NCBI GenBank assembly: GCA_964389655.1
Contig: CAYMED010000001.1
Span: 39,770 to 103,769 of the forward strand
Source: an uncultured Candidatus Poseidoniales archaeon
GTDB taxonomy: Archaea > Thermoplasmatota > Poseidoniia > Poseidoniales > CAYMED01
Length of the DNA stretch: 64,000 nt
Direction of reading: 5' to 3'
A program made the position numbers and the translations under genes. Positions 20,380 through 30,830 of this stretch are shown piece by piece. The number at the start of each line of letters is the position of its first letter. Position 1 is the first letter of the stretch. The notes under the pieces are model-generated. The model made no database searches. It had not been told where the DNA came from and saw nothing but the letters and a program-made list of their open reading frames with translations.

Positions 20380-21546
20380 TCACACATGGATTGACAACAT
20401 GCGCCTTAATGCCAAAATAGCCTCATCTGCAGTTTCTTTTTCAACGATTATTTGGTTAGGTATTTTTCCTTCGCAGCATTGCTCAAGTACATCGAGCAAA
20501 TAAGGAGGCTGAATCATGTACATCGTTGAACAGGGGCATATTTTTTCATCTAAGCAGGTGATTTTAGTGTCAGGATATGCTAAATTTAATCTCCGGACCA
20601 GATTTATTTCGGTTCCAATGGCAATATTTGATCCTGAAGGCTGAGATGCTACAAAACGGCGGATGTATTCAGTTGACCCATAGGCATCAGCCGCTCTGAC
20701 AACTTCTTTGGTGCATTCCGGATGTACGACAACTATGCCATCAGGGTGTAATTTTCGAAAATTTTCAATTTGTTCAACGGTGAAGCGCTTGTGAACAGAA
20801 CAATATCCATGCCAAAGGATAAGTTTGGGATGGATTATACCGCTTCTTTTGTCCTCTTTTTGCCAGTCATTCGGCGTCCAAACAACCATTTCTTCCTCAT
20901 CAAGACCCATTTCTAATCCCGTGTTTCTGCCAAGATGCTGATCGGGGAAAAACAATACCTTTCCTTCGCTACCTGCTCGATCAAAGGCCCATTGAAGAAC
21001 ACCACTGGCATTAGATGATGTACAAACAATTCCTCCGTGAAGTCCAACAAATGATTTCAAATCTGCTGATGAATTCATGTAGGTTACTGGAATCAGAAAA
21101 GATTCCCCCGGTGGGGCATGCTCATCAGGGTTATTTCGGTGAATAGGGTCTCTCAGCCCCGTTGAATCTAGAATGTACTCCCACGCGAGTTCCACGTCTT
21201 CTAATACGGCCATATCTGCCATTGAGCATCCTGCTCGAATATTTGGTAGGATCACAACCTGATCATCACGGGTTAGTATGTCTGCACTCTCTGCCATGAA
21301 ATGAACTCCACAAAAAACAATCAATTCTGCTTGAGAATCTTGAGCCATTTGTGCTAGCATGAAGGAATCCCCGGTTTCGTCAGCATGCAAGATGATTTCG
21401 TCGCTCTGATAGTGGTGGCCGAGAATCATTAAGCGGTCGCCAAGGGTCTTCTTGGCAGAAATGATTCGTTGGCAAACGTCTTCTTCGCTTAGTGTCCAAT
21501 AGTGGTCTAGACGCGTTGATGGGGCCATGGGTAATGTGAACACCAT
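20380..21546 (-). CDS. nadA: Quinolinate synthase
   Basis: ILGHHYQ, FCGVHFMAE, GCSMADM, YMNSSA, CTSSNA, FPDQHLG, GYCSVH, HPEC, CPCSTM. Confidence 0.96.
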   Translation of the reverse strand: MVFTLPMAPSTRLDHYWTLSEEDVCQRIISAKKTLGDRLMILGHHYQSDEIILHADETGDSFMLAQMAQDSQAELIVFCGVHFMAESADILTRDDQVVILPNIRAGCSMADMAVLEDVELAWEYILDSTGLRDPIHRNNPDEHAPPGESFLIPVTYMNSSADLKSFVGLHGGIVCTSSNASGVLQWAFDRAGSEGKVLFFPDQHLGRNTGLEMGLDEEEMVVWTPNDWQKEDKRSGIIHPKLILWHGYCSVHKRFTVEQIENFRKLHPDGIVVVHPECTKEVVRAADAYGSTEYIRRFVASQPSGSNIAIGTEINLVRRLNLAYPDTKITCLDEKICPCSTMYMIQPPYLLDVLEQCCEGKIPNQIIVEKETADEAILALRRMLSIHV

Positions 21547-21615
21547 GTCTTATCAAACCGAACCGCAGTGCGCATTCATTTCAAACCATGCCCCTCTCAG
21601 AGACGGGGCTAGACT

Positions 21616-22263
21616 GTGTGGGTGGAGCATAGCCGGGTGCACGAAGGTGCCGAGGCAGTAGTGAGCACTGGTACTTGGATGGGGCTTCCTGCAGTGCTTA
21701 AAAAACGTAGAAAACGGGGATGGCGACACCCTAGTTTGGAAGAATCTCTTACGCGCCGCCGTATTATTGCTGAAGCCCGCATTTTAACTAGGCTTGATGA
21801 AAATGAAATTCCAGCTCCAAAAGTACTTGCGATTGATTTGCATTCACGCACCCTATTGTTAAGCCGTCTCAAAGGGGTGCCATTCGTTGAATTGATTGAT
21901 AATGGTCAATCAAACCATCAACATTTCGTAGATCTCGGAATGTCAATCAGGAACATCCATAACGCTGGAATTGCGCACGGAGATCTAACGACACACAATA
22001 TTTGGGTATCAGATGGTAACAGCATGATCATAATCGATTTTGGACTTGGAAAAGTAACTTCTGATGTAGAATCATTTGGTACTGACCTTCATGGCTTGTA
22101 TGAGAGTCTCAGTGCTCGCCACCCGGAGATCAAATACGCGATGGATTCAGTAATTGAGGGATATTTGGGTGAAACAGGGGTGGCCACTAGAAATAACCCC
22201 TCGTCACTTGAAGTAATTAAGCGATTAAACGTGATTCAAGAAAGAGTTCGCTATCATGGGTAA
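21616..22263 (+). CDS. bud32: KEOPS complex Ser/Thr kinase Bud32
   Basis: EGAEA, WRHPSL, EARIL, HGDLTTHN, IDFGL, C-terminal RVRYH. Confidence 0.92.
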   Translation: MWVEHSRVHEGAEAVVSTGTWMGLPAVLKKRRKRGWRHPSLEESLTRRRIIAEARILTRLDENEIPAPKVLAIDLHSRTLLLSRLKGVPFVELIDNGQSNHQHFVDLGMSIRNIHNAGIAHGDLTTHNIWVSDGNSMIIIDFGLGKVTSDVESFGTDLHGLYESLSARHPEIKYAMDSVIEGYLGETGVATRNNPSSLEVIKRLNVIQERVRYHG

Positions 22264-22267
22264 TGAG

Positions 22268-22663
22268 TCAAGTCCCAATGGTCAATTTGGTCCCGATCAT
22301 GCCTCCAATCCAAGCAAATGCAATGAAAAGTATCGGAGTTATGGCATATGCCACAGTTTCGAATGTAATCCCCTTTTGGCTCATTTCAGAAACTTGCCAT
22401 GCATATGCGCTCATTGTAGTGAAAGCACCTAGAAAACCCACCCCTAGGAGCAATACTGTGGCGCTTGTGGCCTCACTATTTCGGTTATTCAAGGCCAGCA
22501 CTATTCCAAGAGAAAAAGCTCCTGTAGCATTGGCGATGAATGTTCCAACAGGCCACCGATTTTCATCTAGTGTCTCGCTCAATGCCCAACGAGCTAGTGC
22601 ACCACCAGCCCCACCTAATGCGACCATGATGGCAGAAATGAAGTTCATGGTTGAACCATTCAT
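22268..22663 (-). CDS. crcB: Fluoride channel CrcB/Fluc
   Basis: GGAGGALARW, PVGTFIANATG, GFLGAFTTMS; four TM helices. Confidence 0.92.
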   Translation of the reverse strand: MNGSTMNFISAIMVALGGAGGALARWALSETLDENRWPVGTFIANATGAFSLGIVLALNNRNSEATSATVLLLGVGFLGAFTTMSAYAWQVSEMSQKGITFETVAYAITPILFIAFAWIGGMIGTKLTIGT

Positions 22664-22709
22664 CTCCTTCGCTTGGCTCTTTTGCCGAGAAACTGAAGAC
22701 CGATGCCCC

Positions 22710-23348
22710 GTGTATCACCACGTGGAAATCACACGGGTGATAGCCGGCACGAATAACCTAGGCAAAATTAGAGAATTTTCTGATTTTTTCTCAGATTTTC
22801 ATCTCACAGTAGTTCCTATAGGCCAAATCATCCCAAATTTTGCATTTTACGAGCCCCAATTAGATACACTTCAGCCAATTTGTGCATCCAAACTTCAACA
22901 AGCAACTGATGCTCTTAGCAAGAAAATCAACCCTTCTGATATTCTCCTTGTAGAAGATGCTGGATTATTTATCTCATCATTATCGGATTTTCCAGGTCCA
23001 TATAGTGCATATTTCTATTCAAAACTGGGTTGTGAAGGGATCCTCTCCTTGCTCAAAAATGAGAGAGACCGTAGTGCGAGGTTTGAGGCTGTTATTGGAA
23101 TTGCAATAAATGGAACTCAGTATTTTTTCAATGGAGTATGTAATGGGAAAATATCTTCTTATAAAATGGGTCAATTTGGTTTTGGTTTTGACCCAATATT
23201 TGTCCCCTCTCTTTCTTCTACAGGACTCACTTTTGGTGAAGATCCATCCTCAAAGAATGAATATAGTCATCGCACTTTAGCCCTATCTGCTTTGCAAGCA
23301 TCATGGACTGATTTGGTTCGAGATATTGACCCTAACTTCATAGCATGA
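22710..23348 (+). CDS. rdgB: Non-canonical purine NTP pyrophosphatase (RdgB/HAM1/ITPase)
   Basis: GTNNLGKIREF, VEDAGL, FPGPYSA, GFGFDPIF, KNEYSHR; start likely GTG 22710 or 22722 rather than 22263. Confidence 0.9.
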   Translation: MYHHVEITRVIAGTNNLGKIREFSDFFSDFHLTVVPIGQIIPNFAFYEPQLDTLQPICASKLQQATDALSKKINPSDILLVEDAGLFISSLSDFPGPYSAYFYSKLGCEGILSLLKNERDRSARFEAVIGIAINGTQYFFNGVCNGKISSYKMGQFGFGFDPIFVPSLSSTGLTFGEDPSSKNEYSHRTLALSALQASWTDLVRDIDPNFIA

Positions 23349-23372
23349 TTCGGTTGGCGGATAACGAGGGTC

Positions 23373-24182
23373 ATGGGAGGCGGTCTGCGGTTAATATGCG
23401 GATTCGGCCTAATTGGCAGCGCAGTTGCCTACTTTTTGCTGGTAGATCGATTGTCTGATGATGCTGCGTACGGACTTGTCGCATTTTCTATTATTTGCTT
23501 TGCAGGTTTGGTGTTGCTGAAAAGCTCACCAAAGAAAAGGCGCCCCCATCGGAAAACGGCGCGTTCTATCGTAGAAGAAAGCCCTCTTGACATTCCGGCG
23601 CCGGTCGTTCTAGATGACGATGGCGATGGGGCCAGCCGCCTTGCAGACAAGGAAGCCATGATTTCGGGTGGCGGTGTTGAAGAACCCTCTTTGGATGAGG
23701 TGGAATCGAATGCTGAGCCAAAAATAATTGATGAAGAATTGCTTGATGAGATCGATGCATTAGAATCCGAAGAAGAAAGTCATATTCTTGAAGCAATTGA
23801 AGAGCGCCGTCGAATTGACTCTAATGTCCGGGCCCGCCTTGCAGGAAACCGCCGAGTACGCCTCTCAAAAGTCCGAGCTGGAGAAGCAAAGAGGCGCTTG
23901 ATGGTGGACTCGCGAGAGGATTTGGTGAAAGTCATTGAAGAAGATGACGGCCACATTGTTGTCTTTGATGAACCAGAACATCCCCCTCCAGGTGCAGCAT
24001 ATGCTGGCGTTTTAGTTCGTATTAATGATGAGCACATATTGCGTCTGCGCCGCCCCCTCTCATCGATGATTTTTGAGCGACCAAGAATTCAAATTGAAAC
24101 TACTGATGACGAAGAGACTGATCAAGAAGATTCACGTCTGTCGGATCTAAAGGATGAATTTAATGGCGAAAATGATTCATGA
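23373..24182 (+). CDS. Hypothetical membrane-anchored acidic protein
   Basis: Two N-terminal TM segments, a basic stop-transfer stretch, then acidic and helical regions. Confidence 0.7.
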   Translation: MGGGLRLICGFGLIGSAVAYFLLVDRLSDDAAYGLVAFSIICFAGLVLLKSSPKKRRPHRKTARSIVEESPLDIPAPVVLDDDGDGASRLADKEAMISGGGVEEPSLDEVESNAEPKIIDEELLDEIDALESEEESHILEAIEERRRIDSNVRARLAGNRRVRLSKVRAGEAKRRLMVDSREDLVKVIEEDDGHIVVFDEPEHPPPGAAYAGVLVRINDEHILRLRRPLSSMIFERPRIQIETTDDEETDQEDSRLSDLKDEFNGENDS

Positions 24183-25025
24183 ACCAGTCCATTCAGGTTT
24201 AGTTCGCTCAAGAAAGGCAGTAACTCCGATCTTTTGGTCGTTTGTATCGAATAAGTTCGAGAATGCTGCTGCTTCAATTTCAATTCCTTTACTAATCGGC
24301 ATTTCAAGAGCAGCGCGTACAGTATTTTTTGCGACTTTAAGTGTATGTGGCGATTTGCTACCAATATTTTTTGCAATCTCGATCGTTTTTTGTTCCAAGT
24401 GATCCGCTTCAAAGAGGTGATTCAATAACCCAATTGATAACGCACGTTCGGCATCTATCATTTCTCCTCCAAGTATCATTTCCATAGCATGACCATAGCC
24501 TACTAGGCGTGGCAAGCGCTGTGTCCCCCCATATCCAGGAATCAATCCTAAATTAATTTCAGGAGTCCCAAAAAGTGCACGCTTGCTGCCAATTCGCAAG
24601 TCACAAGAACAAGCGAGTTCACAACCCCCACCGAGCGCATACCCATCAATCATGGCGATAGTTGGCTTGGATAAATTCCATATCGCTTCAATGGCATTAT
24701 TGAGAAACATTTGCCGGACCGCCTCAGAATTTTTGTCAACAAACTCTGAAATATCAGCCCCTGCAACAAAGGCATGGGGTTTGGCACGCTTTCCTTCTGA
24801 AGGTGGATTAGGTGGTGCGCCCGAAATAATAACAATTCTTACCGAATCCTCTTCTTCAGCCCATTTACACATATTCTTGAGCGCCGAAACCACTTCATGA
24901 TTCAGAGCATTCAGTTTATCCGGCCTACAAATCATTGCTTTGACAATGACTCCTCCGTCAGGTTTCTCTTGGTTGATCAAAATCTCATCGACCTGTATTG
25001 CCTTCGACTGGAATGTACTATCCAT
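24177..25025 (-). CDS. Enoyl-CoA hydratase (crotonase)
   Basis: RPDKLNALN, AFVAGADI, GGGCELA, PEINLGLIPGYGGTQRL; start estimated at ATG 25025. Confidence 0.92.
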   Translation of the reverse strand: MDSTFQSKAIQVDEILINQEKPDGGVIVKAMICRPDKLNALNHEVVSALKNMCKWAEEEDSVRIVIISGAPPNPPSEGKRAKPHAFVAGADISEFVDKNSEAVRQMFLNNAIEAIWNLSKPTIAMIDGYALGGGCELACSCDLRIGSKRALFGTPEINLGLIPGYGGTQRLPRLVGYGHAMEMILGGEMIDAERALSIGLLNHLFEADHLEQKTIEIAKNIGSKSPHTLKVAKNTVRAALEMPISKGIEIEAAAFSNLFDTNDQKIGVTAFLERTKPEWTGS

Positions 25026-25220
25026 GATGATGGGATGATGGCTCGCTTCATGACAATTATCTTTCGGACTTTGATTGCGAATGACAGCATTCATTCACCA
25101 TTTTCGGCAAAAAGAAGGGATGCAATATTTTGTATAATGAATTGTGAGCCGAGTTTTGATCGATAACCATGTTTTGGTCATTACTATTAGTGAATCCACC
25201 ATCACACAAGTTAGGACTTT

Positions 25221-25955
25221 GTGATGCGTGAAACCATTGTCGAAGCAAATTCAATCGCCAAGCGATTTGGTGAATTTATTGCATTGCAACCGATAGATGT
25301 CAAAGTGCATTCAGGAGAGTTTTTCGGTGTTTTCGGGCCCAATGGTGCGGGGAAATCAACATTCATTCGTTTATTGACTGGACAACTTCGTCCATCAAAG
25401 GGTACGGTGAGCGTTCTTGGAATTGATCCTACAAAAGACCCACATCGACTTAAAGCAAATATTGGAGTAGTACCAGAATCTGAATCACCGCCATCTTTTC
25501 TCACAGCAGAAGAAGTGCTCACTTTTGTTGCGCGCCTGAGGGATCTTGATGACATAGAGACAAAAGTAAATCATTGGTTAAAGTGGTACGGTATTGATGA
25601 CCGAAGACATACATTATGCAAAGACCTCTCAAAGGGGCAACGGCAAAAAATAATGCTTGCATCTGCTATGATTCACCAGCCGCGCGTACTTTTTCTCGAT
25701 GAACCTTTCGTAAATTTAGATCCTGTTTATCAACGAAGGTCCCGCGAGTTACTAACGGATTTTGTAGATCAAGGGGGTACGATTTTCCTTTGCAGTCATA
25801 TCCTTGAAATCGCAGAAAGATTATGCACGCGCTTTGCAGTTATCGATTCTGGAAATGTACTTGCGCATGGGACGATTGATGAAATGCGACATTCACCCGA
25901 AGAATCTCTTGAAGATGTCTTCATTCGACTTGTAGGTGGTGATGAATCAGAATGA
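25221..25955 (+). CDS. ABC transporter ATP-binding protein
   Basis: GPNGAGKST, LSKGQ, LFLDEP, CSH. Confidence 0.95.
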   Translation: MMRETIVEANSIAKRFGEFIALQPIDVKVHSGEFFGVFGPNGAGKSTFIRLLTGQLRPSKGTVSVLGIDPTKDPHRLKANIGVVPESESPPSFLTAEEVLTFVARLRDLDDIETKVNHWLKWYGIDDRRHTLCKDLSKGQRQKIMLASAMIHQPRVLFLDEPFVNLDPVYQRRSRELLTDFVDQGGTIFLCSHILEIAERLCTRFAVIDSGNVLAHGTIDEMRHSPEESLEDVFIRLVGGDESE

Positions 25956-27577
25956 AATTGACCCCGGGCCCAATTCATACACCTTTACACACGCGCTCAA
26001 TTGCATTACATTTGTTCAGACTGATGTTTTTTGAAGAATGGCGGCAAAGCCTTGAACAAGCAAAACGGCGACACCTTCTTCTTTTTCCAGTGCTTGTTTC
26101 ATCGTTTACGATTGTTTTTGTCATTGGCATGCGGTTCCTAGTCGAAGGGGGGATCCCTGGGACCGATCCAGAACGGGTTCAAACATTTACTTGGAATCAA
26201 CTAAAGTACTCTATGCACATTCCAGTTGTTCTATTCAGCCTTGGCATGGGCACTTTTGCTTTCATGGCTAAAGATGCGGCAGCACGTCGGGGGGGAAACC
26301 GCGCCCACTTGATCACAATTTGGATGTCAGAACCTGTAGATCCACGCGTGGTCTATTTTACATATTATGTCAAGGAAGTGGTCTTCTATCTATTGATGAT
26401 CTTGGGCCCAATTGCTATTGGCATGTCACTTGGAATACTAGTTAGCCAATTGTGGTCACTAGGTAGCCCTCTCAGGGTAATCAGTGTTCTGTGGGTTCTA
26501 ATTGGCCTCTCAATGACCCTTTCGTATGGCATTGCTCTTTCGTTTGCAGCAACCTCACTGCTCTCCTTTGGACGGCGCGGTCGCTGGGCAGTCCTTTTTC
26601 TGACTTGCTGGCTTTCCATTCCAGTCATTCTTGAATGGATCCCCTTGCATGTGCTAATTCCAGGACTAGCATTTCAGATCAATCACAATCCCTTGTGGAT
26701 TTTTATTTGGGCTTTAGAAACAATCATTCTTGCTTTATTTGGCTCATATATGGTGCGCGTTGAACAACTCCATTCAGCATCTTATACCCGCCCATGGTTC
26801 TCAAAATCATATCGCTACCTTTCCATACTTGGAAATGGTAGGCTCCGCATACTTGTGGCAAAAGAATTTGCAGATTTAGCACGTAGTGGGACAATTGCCA
26901 AAATGACGGCATCATATGCGATTCCACTTTTTGTACTTCTCCTCATTGCCTCACTAGTGGATGTTGCCAAAACCCCTATCCCGTTCAATCTATTATCATA
27001 TGCGCCTTTCCTCGGATTTTTTGGTTTCAATTTTTACAGTTGGCTGAATGGAATTGACCGCCCAGATGCTTACGATACCTATCCCATTACTGTCCCCGAT
27101 CTGATACGTGCAAAAGTAGCAGTATACCTTCTTTCAACTACATGGATTTCAATTCTCTTTCTCATTTTGATGGCTTGGAGGCTTGATCAATGGGCGGCAT
27201 TTTTTCCCGCTCTGATTGTCATGCTTGCAAATAGCATTTATATCGTATCTCTAACAGCATTTCTGATGGGCCTTTCCCCTAATAAAGCTATTTTTGACGT
27301 ATCAATCATGAGTTGGTTCTATTTGTTCACGACCATTCCGCTAATGATGCTGTTTCTTCTTTCATTCACTCAAGGCGATACTGCAATATTGGAAAACCTC
27401 GTCCAACAAGTACGCGAGGGTGGTCTTGATGCAGCAGCAACAAAATGGGATGATTCCCGTGCACAAAAAGGGTTTAGCGGAATTCTCATGATCTCAGCAT
27501 CTCTTGTCTTCGTTGGTGTTGGCTTACTTGCTATGATCTCAAGAAGATGGTCTGGAAAGCCCTTTTCTTCGTCGTGA
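25952..27577 (+). CDS. ABC exporter permease (multi-TM)
   Basis: About 12-14 TM helices; ATGA overlap with the ABC ATPase gene. Confidence 0.75.
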   Translation: MKLTPGPIHTPLHTRSIALHLFRLMFFEEWRQSLEQAKRRHLLLFPVLVSSFTIVFVIGMRFLVEGGIPGTDPERVQTFTWNQLKYSMHIPVVLFSLGMGTFAFMAKDAAARRGGNRAHLITIWMSEPVDPRVVYFTYYVKEVVFYLLMILGPIAIGMSLGILVSQLWSLGSPLRVISVLWVLIGLSMTLSYGIALSFAATSLLSFGRRGRWAVLFLTCWLSIPVILEWIPLHVLIPGLAFQINHNPLWIFIWALETIILALFGSYMVRVEQLHSASYTRPWFSKSYRYLSILGNGRLRILVAKEFADLARSGTIAKMTASYAIPLFVLLLIASLVDVAKTPIPFNLLSYAPFLGFFGFNFYSWLNGIDRPDAYDTYPITVPDLIRAKVAVYLLSTTWISILFLILMAWRLDQWAAFFPALIVMLANSIYIVSLTAFLMGLSPNKAIFDVSIMSWFYLFTTIPLMMLFLLSFTQGDTAILENLVQQVREGGLDAAATKWDDSRAQKGFSGILMISASLVFVGVGLLAMISRRWSGKPFSSS

Positions 27578-27586
27578 GGCATTTCA

Positions 27587-28159
27587 ATGGCTATTTCATC
27601 TACCAATCATCTAGCAATAGCGGTTTGTGGGATGCCAGGGAGTGGAAAGTCACTTGTTTCTGAAAATGCTAGAAAAAGATCGATTCCCGTTTTATCGATG
27701 GGCGATTTAGTTCGGCATGAATTAAAATTACGTGACTTAGATGAGACCCCAACTAATGTTGGTGAAGTGGCCTTGAATTTGCGGGCAACCTTCGGAGAAG
27801 GGATACTTGCATCCCGCTTGCTAGATGATTTAGGAAATGCCATGAAACATCATTCGACTGTATTCATAGAAGGGATGAGGTCACCTGCTGAACTGCAAAT
27901 CTTCAGGCAAACACTTGGCTCTCAATTTATTGTTATTGGAATACGATCTGATGAAGAAATTCGCTGGAAACGCATTTCAACACGAAAGAGAGGTGAGGAT
28001 GGAACACGGGAGGACTTTGCAGCACGAGATGCCCGTGAAACAATTTTTGAGCTCCCCAAACTAATCGATGAAGCACATATTCTTTTAGAAAATAATGGTG
28101 ATTTGACCGACTTCCAAATTTCGGTCGATGCCGCATTTGATAAATTAATGGTTTGGTGA
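27587..28159 (+). CDS. UPF0200-type P-loop nucleotide kinase (CoaE-like)
   Basis: CGMPGSGKS, SMGDLVR, IEGMRS, RDARE, ENNG. Confidence 0.82.
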   Translation: MAISSTNHLAIAVCGMPGSGKSLVSENARKRSIPVLSMGDLVRHELKLRDLDETPTNVGEVALNLRATFGEGILASRLLDDLGNAMKHHSTVFIEGMRSPAELQIFRQTLGSQFIVIGIRSDEEIRWKRISTRKRGEDGTREDFAARDARETIFELPKLIDEAHILLENNGDLTDFQISVDAAFDKLMVW

Positions 28160-28253
28160 TGCGACAGATGTTTAGGAAGGGGTTCGTAAGTATCTCTTAA
28201 CGCAGAAACCTCATAGATGCAGCGACTCCTCTCGGCCTTAGGGGCGGAAGTTC

Positions 28254-29783
28254 ATGGCACAACGCAGAGGTGGACGAGGTGGGCGTAAGCGGGCCCGCGC
28301 ACAGCAGCAGGCACAATATGAAGAACTTGACAAATATCCTGTGGCCCCACCCCACGCATATGCGAGAATTGTCCGGGATATGCGCTCTTTGAACATAATT
28401 TACCAAATTATTGAGCCGCCTCTAACTCGTAAAGAACAGGATTGGAAAGAAGAAATAATGGACATTTTTGTCAAATCCTTGTCGGCAAATATTGAGGAGA
28501 TTGATGCTGACTCCACCGCGTATCTCCGCACTGCGATGGATCGCATCATCAAAGCATATGGTATGAAGATCGCTAAGCGGGAAAAATCAAAGATTTTCTA
28601 TTACCTTCGTCGCGATTTAATTGGATATGGAAGGATGGATGTGCTGATGAATGATCCCAATGTGGAGGACATCAGTCTTGACGGGACTAACATCCCAATT
28701 TTTGCGTATCACCGCAAGTTTGAATCTGTTGAAACGACGTGTAGATGGGCCGAGGATGATGAACTTGAATCCTATGTTATCAAACTCGCCCAACGTTGTG
28801 GAAAACATATTTCTGTGGCGGAACCCCTCCTTGATGCAACTCTAATGGATGGAAGCCGAATTGTGATGAAACTTGGGCATGAGATTTCTACAAAAGGATC
28901 TACATTCTGTATACGAAGGTTCCGTGAGGACCCATTCTCTCCTTGTGATATCGTCGCTTTCCGAACAATGACGAGTTTGATGGTGGCGTATCTTTGGATA
29001 GCCTTTCAACAAGGGATTTCAATGCTGTTTGTGGGGGGGACTGCATCTGGTAAAACAACAACGCTGAATGCTATGTGTTTATTCATCCCATGGCAAATGA
29101 AAATTGTCAGTATTGAATCGACGCGTGAAGTAAATATCCCCCACCCAAATTGGATACCTGGCCTGACACGGCAAGGTTTTGGAGGCGAGACAAATGAAGG
29201 TGAAATCGGTGAGTTCGAATTGCTTAAAGCAGCATTGAGAGAACGACCAGAATATATTATCGTAGGTGAAATCCGTGGTGTAGAGGCATACGTTCTCTTC
29301 CAAGCAATGGCGACCGGACATTGTGCTTATTCTACAGTTCACGCGGATTCAGTCCCTTCACTCGTCCATCGTTTGGAGAATAAACCAATCAATATCCCAC
29401 GTGTTCTATTACCTGCACTTGAGGCAGTATCAATTCAAATGCAGACGAGAATCAATGGGAAACGTGTTCGGCGAACAAAGCAAGTTGTCGAAATTGTTGG
29501 AATTGATCCCCACAGTTTGGAAGTCATCACGAATGAAGTGTTCAAATGGGACCCAGCCACTGATGACTATGTATTTAGTGGAAAATCATACATTTTAGAA
29601 AAGATCATGGTTTTGATAAATTATGATCAAAATGAGATGAGGGAAGAACTTCGTACACGCAAGCGTATTCTCGATTGGATGGTCCTAAATGATATTCGTC
29701 GCTCTGATCAAGTTTCGCAAATCATAACCGAATATTATGTTCGCCCCCAAGCAGTGCTTGCCCGAGTTGACGGTCTCCAGTGA
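28254..29783 (+). CDS. Archaeal type IV pilus assembly ATPase (FlaI/TadA/VirB11 family)
   Basis: DPNVEDIS, GGTASGKTT, ALRERPEYIIVGEIRG, AMATGH, STVHADS. Confidence 0.94.
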   Translation: MAQRRGGRGGRKRARAQQQAQYEELDKYPVAPPHAYARIVRDMRSLNIIYQIIEPPLTRKEQDWKEEIMDIFVKSLSANIEEIDADSTAYLRTAMDRIIKAYGMKIAKREKSKIFYYLRRDLIGYGRMDVLMNDPNVEDISLDGTNIPIFAYHRKFESVETTCRWAEDDELESYVIKLAQRCGKHISVAEPLLDATLMDGSRIVMKLGHEISTKGSTFCIRRFREDPFSPCDIVAFRTMTSLMVAYLWIAFQQGISMLFVGGTASGKTTTLNAMCLFIPWQMKIVSIESTREVNIPHPNWIPGLTRQGFGGETNEGEIGEFELLKAALRERPEYIIVGEIRGVEAYVLFQAMATGHCAYSTVHADSVPSLVHRLENKPINIPRVLLPALEAVSIQMQTRINGKRVRRTKQVVEIVGIDPHSLEVITNEVFKWDPATDDYVFSGKSYILEKIMVLINYDQNEMREELRTRKRILDWMVLNDIRRSDQVSQIITEYYVRPQAVLARVDGLQ

Positions 29784-29792
29784 GGTTGTTGA

Positions 29793-30818
29793 ATGGTTCT
29801 GAGTACTTGGGAACGTTGGTGCACCCGGGTTGTTAATGCATTTTCTGCAGGTTCGGTCAAGAAACGCGCACGCGCAGATCCTGATTTAGCAAATACATTA
29901 GCAAAAGCACGTATGCAGATTGCTCCTGAAGTGTATCGGTCAACTGTTCTCGTTGCCACAATTGTGACGTATGGTGCTTGTATAGCAGCTGCATTTTTTA
30001 TCCGGGCCGTGGTCATGCCTGTAACCTATGAACAGATGCAAGCCCCATCATCAATGGAGGAATGCAGAAAATGGGAAACAGTTCACCCCGAGGAAATTAT
30101 AATCGATGCTGTTGCCTATGGGTGCCCTTATTATGAAACACGGGTATTTGGCATTGCTCCAACGATTATACTCTTTGTAGTCCTTGGCTTCTTCATACCA
30201 TTTGGTCTTCAGAAAATGTACAATGGAAGAGCTAAAGGGGAAGTTAAACGACGTGCTGCGAATCAAGAAAAATATCTCCCATATGCTGCATCATATACTG
30301 CTGCCATGTCTGCAGCGAATGCAACTCCAATGCGAATTTTCAGATCCTTGGCTCAAGCAGAAGACCTGTATGGTGAGATTGCTCATGATTCAGCCATGGT
30401 ATATCGAGATCTAAATGTTCTTGGATATGATTTACTAACTGCAATTAGATCAGCCGTAGAGCGTTCAGCATCTTTGTGGGCTACTGAATTTTTTCAGGGA
30501 ATGGCGGGAACGCTTTCTTCAGGAGGAAACCTAAAATTGTATTTCCTTAATCGCGCAGAGCACTATATGCGTGAAAATAGAACTAGACTTCAAGAATTCC
30601 TTGAGACGCTTTCTATGATGGCTGAATCCTATATCGTCGTTGCAGTTGCCATGCCTCTTTTCTTGATTGTAATGCTTGTAATTATGTATTGGGTTTCAGG
30701 TTCAGGATCCTCAATGAGTGATGGCTTCATCTACACAGTTGTCTTGGGAGTGATTCCAATGATTCACGTTGCCTATAGCCTGCTGGTATGGATGATGAGT
30801 GAAGAACAAAAAATGTGA
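29793..30818 (+). CDS. Type IV pilus platform protein (TadB/FlaJ, T2SSF domain)
   Basis: LAKARMQI, LPYAASY, YGEIA, LSSGGNL, ETLSMMAESY; follows the ATPase. Confidence 0.88.
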   Translation: MVLSTWERWCTRVVNAFSAGSVKKRARADPDLANTLAKARMQIAPEVYRSTVLVATIVTYGACIAAAFFIRAVVMPVTYEQMQAPSSMEECRKWETVHPEEIIIDAVAYGCPYYETRVFGIAPTIILFVVLGFFIPFGLQKMYNGRAKGEVKRRAANQEKYLPYAASYTAAMSAANATPMRIFRSLAQAEDLYGEIAHDSAMVYRDLNVLGYDLLTAIRSAVERSASLWATEFFQGMAGTLSSGGNLKLYFLNRAEHYMRENRTRLQEFLETLSMMAESYIVVAVAMPLFLIVMLVIMYWVSGSGSSMSDGFIYTVVLGVIPMIHVAYSLLVWMMSEEQKM

Positions 30819-30830
30819 GGTTGATTGTTC

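Noticed and set aside
22263-22709. N-terminal 150 aa of the 361-aa ORF taken as part of RdgB
   Set aside because: It is the antisense of crcB, and RdgB homology begins only near 22722. Kept only as a low-interest finding.
22649-22730. Fluoride riboswitch upstream of crcB
   Set aside because: No match to the GGCGATGG...TGATG pseudoknot consensus, and very little intergenic space.
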